This document shows positions 1-9,661 of a stretch of 48,491 bases of DNA, in pieces (position 1 is the stretch's first letter; every line of letters begins with the position of its first letter). The position numbers and the translations under genes are program-made. Location of the stretch: NCBI GenBank assembly GCA_032718475.1, contig JAUCBJ010003607.1, forward strand, positions 1 to 48,491. The letters run 5' to 3'. Source of the DNA: Nemertoderma westbladi. Its lineage: Eukaryota > Animalia > Xenacoelomorpha. The notes under the pieces were generated by a model. That model was not told the DNA's origin. It ran no database searches and saw only the letters and a list, made by a program, of their open reading frames with translations.

Positions 1-210
1 CTTGGTAGCGAGTTCCAAATCGGAACATTGCGATTACTTGGTAGCGAGTTCCAAATCGGAACATTGCGATTGGAGAATGAATTTTGCACGGCGACGTTAC
101 CACAATTGCTTTGTATTAATTTATAAGGATGACCCCTCAGATAAGAAAGATGGCCTCCTAAACATATTAATAGATTAGCCTACTGTATTATCCATAATTT
201 ATAAACTGTA
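1..210 (-). mobile_element. CR1-like LINE, 3' end of ORF2 (degenerate fragment) with a 36-bp tandem duplication at 1-71
   Basis: Minus strand reads LRGHPYKI...*RRRAKFFSNRNVPIWNSLP, matching the RGH..K / FFSNR...WNSLP C-terminus of CR1 ORF2. It has an in-frame stop; CTTGGTAGCG...CGATT occurs at 1 and 37. Confidence 0.7.
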
Positions 211-1644
211 CCGGTAGTTAAGTTATTGTGGATACGACGAAGTTCTAGAGGCTCTAGAGACGTGTGGCTAAGTCACACGAATAGTTCCCAAAAGGCACTT
301 TATTGGCCTTCTGGCATTTTCCAGGTACCTAAATAATTGCAACCAGCGTAAATGCCAGAGTGCTGTTGGGAAACTGTAGAATGATTCTAACAGTTCCCCA
401 AAGGCACTTTGGCATTTAGTTGAAATTCATTATTTGCTGAGATCCGGGTAATGAATTTTATCTTTTTTTTAAGAACACTTACTGTATAGTATAAGTGTAA
501 AGTGTGTAGGCCTATAATGTACTCATAACATGCAATAATACTTAATTGATTAAGTATTACTTAGTTTTTGTATGTTGTAGTTCAACATACTATTAATAAA
601 AATATACAGTATATTAGGCTACAATATTATAATATAGGCCTAATATAAAACAATGCTCTAACATTTATTATGAACAATATTCAATGGATAATAATATTAT
701 GTACCCTACTTGCTACTGGTAACGTCGAGATATATTTAGTCCAGTAAGTCGTTAATTAGTTTATTATTAATTATTATTCGCGTCAGTGTGGTGATATTAC
801 AGTATTAGTATTAGAATATGACTTGGTACATTTCTAAATTATACTGCGCAGAAGAAGAATTGTAATTTAATGTAAAACTAAAAGGACTTATAATTATTAT
901 TAATTCGAATAAATGCAAAATGGTACCATCCGATAAACTAAACTGTACTGGCGGGTGTTGGCTGTTGGGCTTGGGATGTCTAAGAGCGAAGTTATCATTC
1001 ACAGTATTGACTGAGTCTGTGTCTGATTAGTGCCTCCACCACATCATGCAGAATAAGGTGGATAGCAATAGCGTCTACCAGCTCTGCTAATTAGCTAACC
1101 TGCCTTTCCGTTTCCCTTCCCTGATCCTGACTCTCAAAATCTACCTACATTATATTTCATTGTAAGTACCGGTACTTATACGTGGTGTTAGGGTGCAATT
1201 ATTTTTTACTTCACGTTCACGTGCCGTAATAATAAATGAATACACATAATTTAAATTAATCGAGCGATAATGTTATTGTAGGGCCTAGGTATATAATACA
1301 AATTTAATATTAACAGTTTCATATTATAATCTGGAACGTTTTTTATAAAAGATTTACATCTCATTTCATATAACTTCCAGTCTTCTGACCCTTTTAAATT
1401 CTTCGTTTAATCTCATAATTAGCACGGTCTTTTTGAGACCAATTACATAAAGCAATATTTTTAATTCGGTGTATTTTAATGTACCTTAATTAATTATTAA
1501 CTCATATTTTAAACTACGTAATGTATGTAATCAATGTAATGTATCTTTTATGGGGGAAACCCCATCATCATATAATACTATAGTTAATTTGTCTACATAC
1601 CGTATGATATCTTTGTTCGGTTCTAAGTTATGGTGTAAATATAT

Positions 1645-1645
<1 letters not shown>

Positions 1646-1696
<51 letters not shown>
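1646..1696. repeat. (AAT)n microsatellite
   Basis: Pure AAT run seen directly. Confidence 0.95.
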
Positions 1697-1697
<1 letters not shown>

Positions 1698-2179
1698 GCT
1701 AACAGATGCACAGCTTTTACTAAATAAAGTGGAGAGGGCTGCTAAGGAGGTTGGATTGCATATAAATGCTACCAAGACCGCATTCATGACCCCTTTAATG
1801 TTGATGGAGACTTGACAAACATTGATAATAATCAACTAAGGAAGGTCGACGACTTCCAGTACCTTGGATCGGGGATAGAGAGTAGCAAAAAGGACATAGA
1901 AGTTAGGAAAGCAAATGCTTGGGTCGCTCTATCAAAAATGGATACCATCTGGAAATCATATCTCTCCAGGCACCTGAAGACTAAGTTCTTTCGAGCCACA
2001 GTGGAAAGTGTATTTTTATACGGGCAGACGGGGGTGAGACCTGGACACTCATATATAGATCAACTTGAAAGGGATTCTGAACTTGAGAGAAACGAAATTG
2101 CGACAACTATGGAGAATCGGGAAGCCTGGAAGGATCTCATTTCCACTGTCCGAGTTCGCTCGACCTAGTAGTAGTAGTA
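1697..2179 (+). mobile_element. RTE-clade LINE 3' fragment (5'-truncated, internally deleted) with (TAG)n tail
   Basis: KVDDFQYLGS...DIEVRKANAW...FFRATVESVFLYG post-RT motifs. Nearly identical to 47335-47870. Ends CTCGACC(TAG)n. Confidence 0.85.
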
Positions 2180-2788
2180 AAGTACCAGTATCGCTGTTCG
2201 GACTCCAGTTTGTCAGTTTAGCCAAGGAAGGGTCTAGCCTTTACAAACGGATTCCATATAGCACTACCGTTCTCTAAAATAGGGCGAGCATAGACCTTGT
2301 AATTCAATAATAACGTTTCAAAATTATTAGTTGAAAAGCAACAGAATAAACAATTAATTACCTTATGACATTTCAGCATTTAGCAAATATGTTATATATA
2401 TATGAGTTTGAAAATAAAGCTTACTGTCTGTCTACCTCTAGCTCGACCCATATCACAGAACGGTGACACGTTATTAAGAACTTTGTTTAAACTATATTCA
2501 GCACCAATAATATTGGAATTACCTATGGCAAGCACATTGCATTTGTGAGTCGCCACATTTCAGCATTTAGTTGCGCTTGCCATGTAGGACCAGTTAGAAA
2601 AAGGATCTAAGTCACATTGTAAATAAAATTGTAGACTTTCACGTTCACTACTACACTTAAAAGAAGAGTAAAGTTTAGTAACATCGGCATATAAACGAGC
2701 ACTGGTAGACTGGTCAGCTGGTGTATAATTAGTCCCTACTTTGGGGACCGAACTTTTATATACCGATATAATAGGAATAGGCCTATAA

Positions 2789-3637
2789 GGGTACGGGTCG
2801 ATTCGCCACTCGACCTTTTCACCCCAAGTCGATTAGCCCCACGCCCACATTTTAGGGGCATATGGTTGTATGGACCTGGGGCGAATCGACTTGGACAGTT
2901 GACTGATTCGCCCCACCCTCCAAGTCCATTCGCCCCAGATGATATTATTGAATGTTTTACTAATATTCTTTGATATTAGATATTGTATTACTGTATTAGA
3001 CTACATATTACAATGATATTAGAAAGTGCAATATTGAAATCTTGTTACAAACACATTTTTTACCCTCGATTACGCATAATATTTTTTAGACCTTCAATCT
3101 ATCTGTCTATTGCAATAAATTACAGTAGAAATCTTGTTACCAACACTTTTGAACCTCGATTACGCGTAATATTTTCTGAAGATCTTATAATGTGAAACAA
3201 ATTGATAAGGTAAATCAAGCAAATCCAAATGTTGTTTCTGTCCTGCTGTCTACTTTCCTTTTAAGCTTCAACATATTGAATCACGTGACTCACATGCAAT
3301 AGTGGTAACTCTCATAGGCAACTCTTGTGGCCCAGCAAGGGTTCGAACCCGTGGGACCTAGAAGCATATATAATGAATTACATGTGAAACAAATTGATAT
3401 GGTAAACCTCTGGCAGTCTGGTTATCATCTGGTAGGCCTACTTCTGCACTCTACCTAAAAAGAATATTAGTAAAACATTCAATAATATCAGCTGGGGCGA
3501 ATGGACTTGGAAGGTGGGGCAGTGGGGCGAATCGGTCAACTGTCCATGTCGATTCGCCCCGACGCCCCAGGTCCATACAGCCATATGCCCCTATAATGTG
3601 GGACGAATCCACTTGGCACTTGGGGCGAAAAGGCCGA
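2789..3637. mobile_element. MITE-like element with ~170-bp imperfect inverted arms
   Basis: ~2797-2970 (GATTCGCCCC...GATATTATTGAATGTTTTACTAATATTCTT) is the reverse complement of ~3460-3635. Exact termini and TSD not resolved. Confidence 0.7.
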
Positions 3638-4358
3638 CAAATATATTTTGGTTTCATGCATGACTGCATGAAACCCACAGACTAAAGACTTTTAAGTTTC
3701 TGTCTTTAATGTAACATCGTTTTAGGATCCAATGTAACATAATTGAGGTTACGTTCGATTCATAAAAACTATGTTACATTCGATACTGATTACTGGATTA
3801 CGTTCGGTCTGTCTGTCTGTCACCCAAAATGGGTCCGACGAATTTGTACAAAAAAGTACAAAAAATTCAAAAGAATACAAAAGAGTACCGGTACAATAAA
3901 GTGCAAAAATAGTACAAAAGAGTGCAAAAATAGTACAAAAGAATACAAACGAGTAAGAAACGCTTGCAAAACGTGTATGCAAGTGTAGTTCAAATCGTTT
4001 AGAGGGGCGCACACGATGTGCAAAATAAAACAAAGCATTGTCTGATTGTGGGGCGAGCCATGCATTGAGCGGGGGCTGATCTAGCTGTCTAGCAGTCAGA
4101 GAGTAGGCCCCTATCTACCTATTACAATACAATCTTATGAGTTTTAATGCAGCCCTTTGCGTTCAAAAAACGGCCCCAAGTGCAGAAGTGCCAAGCCCGC
4201 AAAATTGCAGAGGGAGAACTCCTGAACTCAATAAAGTTGCAGATTGAGGCGTACCGTACATACAGACATACATAGCCTACATAATGTAGCATACAGTCTA
4301 TCCTTCTACGGAAGCCCACAGTGGCCACTAATCTTCACACATAAGAACTGCTCTCAAT

Positions 4359-4710
4359 ATGTGTGAGAGGTTGTCTTTGTGTGTGAGAGGTTGTCTTTGT
4401 GTGTGAGAGGTTGTCTTTGTGTGTGAGAGGTTGTCTTTGTGTGTGAGAGGTTGTCTTTGTGTGTGAGAGGTTGTCTTTGTGTGTGAGAGGTTGTCTTTGT
4501 GTGTGAGAGGTTGTATTTGTGTGTGAGAGGTTGTCTGTGTGTGAGAGAGGTTGTCTTGGTGTGTGAGAGGTTGTCTTTGTGTGTGAGAGGTTGTCTGTGT
4601 GTGAGAGGTTGTCTTTGTGTGTGAGAGGTTGTCTTTGTGTGAGAGGTTGTCTTTGTGTGTGAGAGGTTGTCTTTGAGTGAGAGGTTGACTTTGTGTGTGA
4701 GAGGTTGTCA
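4359..4710 (+). repeat. Left subterminal minisatellite, ~20-bp unit GTGTGTGAGAGGTTGTCTTT (~18 copies)
   Basis: Tandem array directly internal to the left TIR. Confidence 0.95.
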
Positions 4711-4989
4711 GCTCCGCAATTCAACAATTATATTAAAAAATGCGCGAAATTTGCCTGTAGGCTTAGCACTTAGCTATAAATAGGCCTGTATGCTTACGGC
4801 TGTAGTAGTGCAGTAGTGCATACTGTAGTACTGCTGTCGTGTGGTTAACGCTGTAACGGTAGGCCTACTGCTGTGTGCTGTACTGTTGCTGTGTTGGTTG
4901 GTTGTAGTTCTACCTGTCTGTCGCCTGTTGGTTCGGTACCAATTCTTAAATTCGAACTGTATTTGTAAACACCGTCTTACAATGTCAGA

Positions 4990-7017
4990 ATGTTGTGTTC
5001 TAGATGCCACAGTGTTGTACCTATCGGATCCGTATTTTGTAACCTCTGTGGGGAATCGATTCAACGCGGCAGCGACGAGAGATTGACCACTCTGGAGGAG
5101 CCGCTAATGCGATTTCGGGAATTTCTATCAGAGAAGAAGAAAGGCCATCTTCAGCCGGTGCCGTCGTCCAGTCCAAAGCGCTCAAAAACGGATGCTGATG
5201 TGTCAGTGAATATCGGAGCCTGTGTTTATACCAACAATATTCGCATTTTAAAACAAGTCTGGTGGAAGACTATACAACTAACTATCTCTAAAAATGCAAA
5301 TTATGGTGAACTTCTCGAATTATCGATACGGAAATACCGAGCCCTTTATAAAGATGTATTTAAATCCTCCATTCCTGATGATAGATTAATGCTATTATAT
5401 ATGGACAAGACACCCGCAGATAAGTTGCCGATTGACAAGGGGGACTTTATATTAACAAAATATCAGACGGAAATTGGAAAACAGTTCCGGCGATTAACCT
5501 TTCTGCTTTGTGATAAAGCCGACTATGAACTCTCCTTAAACACTGAGGAAGGACAAACAGGAAGCGATACCGGTAGAGATGAGCGGAGTGGAAGTGAAAA
5601 TGATCCGAGTGGAAGCGATACCGGTAGAGGATGCGAGCTAAGACGAGACCATACAGCCGGGCAGCCTCCAGTTCCTACGGAGAGGAGTACACCTCAACTA
5701 GTTACTACAAATCATCCCAATGGAGGCCGGATTAGTGGAACTTCGCAGGTAGGTTGTCATCAACCCGACTTTCAAACAGATGAAATTTATGTTATTGATG
5801 ATGATGATGAAAATAGCAACGGTACCGGTAATCCTAATCATGGTATTAATATCAACCAATCAGATGAACCTGCTAAAGATTTTATAACTTTTAATAAAAA
5901 CTACTTTGAATTATCTCGTAGTGATATGGAGATTATTCAGAGCGCGGCTGTTGAGTATGATTATTATGTATTGGATGATAATGTCGAAATAGCATATAAT
6001 TATATTCGCGTTAGAAGGAGAAACCTGTTAAAAGATATGCTAAATAAGGTCGAGCATTTAAATCCCCGTGGCTACTTGAAAATTAGATTTATTGGCGAAC
6101 CTGGGGAAGATCAAGGTGGCCTCCGAAGGGATCTATTTGGCTCTATTATCACTAATCTACACTCGAGTGCTCTCTTTTTTATTTACGACGATTTGTTGGC
6201 GCCATCTTGTGCAGACATGTCTTTGGTTGTTAATGGGACTTTCAACAAACTTGGAAAGCTCATAGCAATGTCATTTTACCACGGTGAACAATCTTTTGGG
6301 ATCATGCATCCTGTCGTTAGTGCTTATATAGTTTATGGACAGTTTATCGATATATTAAGTATTATTAAAACTCATCCAACCTTGTCTGATGGAAACTTAA
6401 TGGACAAATATTTATCAGATAGTGTTCGTGATAGCTATGATGTTGGACTGATTCCACCAACTCTTGAAGCCTCTCTAGCAGAAAAGGAAAAGTTCATTTG
6501 CAATTTCTTGAAGGTTAAGTTAATACTACACAATAAGGCTGCTCTGGATTGTATCAAGGACGGAATTTTTGATTGCATGCCGAATGTTAGTAAATATATT
6601 CTATTCAAGTTCCTGTGTTCTTCGCCCACTGTCGACCTTGTCGATGTCTTTGACTCAGCTATTATCAATAACCGAACCGAAGTTGGTTCCAATAACCACA
6701 TGAGAGAGGAGGACGTTCTATTCTGGCTAGGAGAACTAATGGAAGATTTAGTTTCACAGGGTTACCTGGCTGATGGTGAATTACAAATGGATATTTCGAG
6801 CCTAAAGTGCTGGTTTTTTGGCTCACCGAGACCAACTAATATTCCAAAGCTAACAATTGAATTTAAGCATTGCCAACCAGCATGTAACTGCCGAATGACA
6901 TTTTCAACATGTGCATTTCAACTCTCGCTTCCGATTCATTTTAATTCAAAACACGATCTATGCAAAGGAATTGTTAGCGCCGTCCTAGAAAGTGGGGCAG
7001 CCTTCGGATTGATATAA
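4990..7017 (+). CDS. Transposon-borne HECT-domain E3 ubiquitin ligase-like protein (G2E3-like), 675 aa, with N-terminal Cys4 zinc ribbon
   Basis: Uninterrupted ORF. N-terminal CSRC-x10-CNLC; HECT N-lobe IRVRRRNLL...IRFIGEPGEDQGGLRRDLF; catalytic-type FSTCAFQLSLP (Cys641, codon 6910-6912); terminal FGLI places the conserved Phe at -4. AATAAA at 7101. Confidence 0.85.
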   Translation: MLCSRCHSVVPIGSVFCNLCGESIQRGSDERLTTLEEPLMRFREFLSEKKKGHLQPVPSSSPKRSKTDADVSVNIGACVYTNNIRILKQVWWKTIQLTISKNANYGELLELSIRKYRALYKDVFKSSIPDDRLMLLYMDKTPADKLPIDKGDFILTKYQTEIGKQFRRLTFLLCDKADYELSLNTEEGQTGSDTGRDERSGSENDPSGSDTGRGCELRRDHTAGQPPVPTERSTPQLVTTNHPNGGRISGTSQVGCHQPDFQTDEIYVIDDDDENSNGTGNPNHGININQSDEPAKDFITFNKNYFELSRSDMEIIQSAAVEYDYYVLDDNVEIAYNYIRVRRRNLLKDMLNKVEHLNPRGYLKIRFIGEPGEDQGGLRRDLFGSIITNLHSSALFFIYDDLLAPSCADMSLVVNGTFNKLGKLIAMSFYHGEQSFGIMHPVVSAYIVYGQFIDILSIIKTHPTLSDGNLMDKYLSDSVRDSYDVGLIPPTLEASLAEKEKFICNFLKVKLILHNKAALDCIKDGIFDCMPNVSKYILFKFLCSSPTVDLVDVFDSAIINNRTEVGSNNHMREEDVLFWLGELMEDLVSQGYLADGELQMDISSLKCWFFGSPRPTNIPKLTIEFKHCQPACNCRMTFSTCAFQLSLPIHFNSKHDLCKGIVSAVLESGAAFGLI

Positions 7018-7175
7018 TGGTTGTTGTATTTAGTATTGTTTTAAATGGGGTATTGATGGTTTTAGTTGGATTTTAATAATTGTAGATATTGCCTCTTTTA
7101 AATAAAAGTTCACTGTTGTTTTTTATTAATTATAATTTCAAATTTTTGTTTTTTTTATTTGAAAAACAATGAGTT

Positions 7176-7896
7176 AATGCCGAAATTTCGGTTCCGGCCG
7201 GAACCGGAACCGGAATTACAATTGCCGGAATATTCCGACCGGAACTGGAATTTTCATAAACTAACCCCTTGGTATCATAGAATCCACGAAATAGTTAGGG
7301 TGGGGTCTAGCATTTTTTTTCTTTAAAACTTAGATTTAAATTTAAATAAAACTCATATTCAAATAGTTATCAAAAGAACAGTACAGCACATACAAAATAC
7401 AGCACGTAAAATCTAAATAATTACTCACCAACCACCACCAGCTGTATTTGACGGCTGCCTAGCAACCAGATTGCTATTTAAACTTCCAGTATGTACTGCT
7501 GTACTGTGTACTGCTTACCACTGCACTGCCATTCAGCCTGTTGGGTCCGAGTTTGCATTAGCCAGGAGAATGGAGATTGTTTTAGTTAATTGGATATGAA
7601 ATTAAACTATGTAACCTTTTATTTCAATTTATTGTTTTAAAAAAATGCTTATTTGTTAAAGTTTAAAAATAATAATTGTAATATCCAAAATTAATACTAT
7701 CAGCACGATTAATACTAAATACTATCAACTTAAATTAATACTATCAGCTCGTTTTGTAGAGGGTATAAAGGTATATTATTTAGAAGAAAAAAAAACGAAA
7801 ATTCCGGCATTCCGGCGCCGGAATCTCTGTAATTCCGGCCGGAATCGGTCAAAAACTGCCTAATTTCGGCCGGAACGGAATTCCGATACATCCCTA
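7176..7896. mobile_element. hAT-like MITE (left end eroded) inserted between the two transposon genes
   Basis: CCGGAA(C)-rich subterminal blocks at 7178-7252 and 7800-7886. Right end ...GATACATCCCTA matches the TAGGGATGT terminus seen at 22847. No TSD found. Confidence 0.55.
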
Positions 7897-8097
7897 AATC
7901 TTGGGTGTAATCCCACCCCCCCCCCCTTTTTTTTTTACTATGGACTCAGATTCAGGTGGATAAACGGTACTGTGGTGGAGAGCGTGACTGTATTTATTGA
8001 GGACCGCCAATGATTATTTTTATTATTAATTATCATAACATAATATAGTATTATATCATAAACTTAAAGCAAAAGAGCAACAAGGGTAGGTACCAAA

Positions 8098-9234
8098 TCA
8101 TTGGTAATGATTTGCTTTGATGAAATAGAATCGCTGCAGCGCTTCTTTGCAATTACTTGGAGTGGACCAACCGAGTGTTCGACTCAAGTAGCAGCAATAT
8201 TCTGTAACTGTGCTGACCTGAGATGGATAAACAAGTTCATCAGCTACAATAGCTATACTGCAATTGGGCACAGTGACACTGAGTCTATCTTGACCATTCC
8301 GGTCACCAGGGTTGAAATAATTGTAGATAGGTCTTCCATTAACCGTGTTACGATGGGACCTACGAATGTAATGTGTGTTCCAATGGTGAATAACATTGTC
8401 AAGTTCGGACTGAATCAGTTGCGAGAACGAGAACCACATTATATCGCATTGTGCCGAGTCTGATGGGTCGTAAACACCTACTTCAATTAAGTCTTTGAAG
8501 AAATTAATCCAGAAATTTCCCCAGGATCTGCGCAAGTAAGACCACCATCCCTCTATACGCTGGTTTCGATGAGAGCCGATGTATTGATGAGCATCAATGT
8601 TGTCATTGAAAAAAGCTTGTGTGGCAGCCATAATCCCATTTTCAGTTCCCTTCCTGGGACACCCATAAAGTTTTATAGTTTCTAAGAACAATGAGCAGAT
8701 AATGTTGGGATTATTGTTCGATCTTAGAACTCTGAGCCACATAATATATCGAGACCAGCCATCAATAGCACCGTGGATGGCAAAACCGTAGGGTTTCAGT
8801 TTATCGTGTCCATCCGCATGCCAAACAGCATTCGGCCCAATCGTAAAGTACTGCCGTCGCTGAAGGCGATGCCGTCGACGCAACTCAGTCGAGTTCGGAG
8901 ATAGAGTTCGTAATATCAGAGCTACATCTCTTCTCGGAATTTGGAACCCTTTAAGTTTAAGTTGATGCCATACACTTCTGTAGCCCCAGCACGAGGAAGA
9001 ACCTTGAGTTATTGTGGTTATCTCTCTTACAATTGTATCGAGATCGTAAGTATTCCCGGTATTCCGCCGAGAAAGTCCTAGATCGTGCAAGCGGCGGCGT
9101 AAAGTTCGCTTAGTCAAAATTATGCCGTGATTTCGAGAAATAATACTAATGAGTTCTTGATGAGTATGACCTTAGCGAAAGTAATAACTTAGAATGTTAT
9201 GGAGATCATTATTATTACTAGTTGGCATACTCAT
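8098..9234 (-). pseudogene. IS3/integrase-like DDE transposase with premature stop and in-frame deletion
   Basis: In-frame ATGs at 9234/9228 give MSMPTSNNNDLHNILSYYFR*GHTHQELISIISRNHGIILTKRTLRRRL (HTH-like), with TAA at 9174-9172. Core VWHADGHDKLKPYGFAIHGAIDGWSR and NQRIEGWW are present. GCPRKGTEN lacks the usual P..xRxDxGxEN aspartate. Confidence 0.85.
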
Positions 9235-9407
9235 TTTTCAGTACAAAGTACAGAATTACAGAATTATAAGTATGTTCACTAATACTGTATAATAGCAAGC
9301 CATACTGCTGTACTGCAGCCCTACAGGGCTAAATAAATACTGTCAATTCGCCTATGAATACAATTCAAATTTCGCGCCTATTTTGTGTTACCATGGAGTT
9401 GTGGAGC

Positions 9408-9661
9408 TGACAACCTCTCACACACAAAGACAACCTCTCACACAAAGACAACCTCTCACACACAAAGACAACCTCTCACACACAAAGTCAACCTCTCACA
9501 CAAAGACAACCTCTTACACATAATGGACAACCTCTCACACAAAGACAACCTCTCACACACAAAGACAACCTCTCACACATAATGGTCAACCTCTCACACA
9601 CAAAGACGACCTCTCACACATAAAGACAACTTCTCACACACAAAGACAACCTCTCACACAT
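9408..9661 (-). repeat. Right subterminal minisatellite (inverse of left array, ~13 copies)
   Basis: AAAGACAACCTCTCACACAC units, more degenerate than the left array. Confidence 0.95.

Noticed and set aside
3338-3352. tRNA gene suggested by GGTTCGAACCC
   Set aside because: No cloverleaf or A-box at the proper spacing.
4359-4710. CRISPR-like appearance of regular repeats (also 21312-22600)
   Set aside because: No unique spacers, no cas genes, eukaryotic context; these are simple tandem arrays.
4335-4727. 130-aa His/Thr-rich ORF (and 9385-9582)
   Set aside because: Translation of the 20-bp subterminal minisatellite; the unit is not a multiple of 3.
8101-8463. 120-aa plus-strand ORF (also 4841-5086, 6435-6701)
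   Set aside because: Overlap the transposase or HECT genes in other frames; no support.
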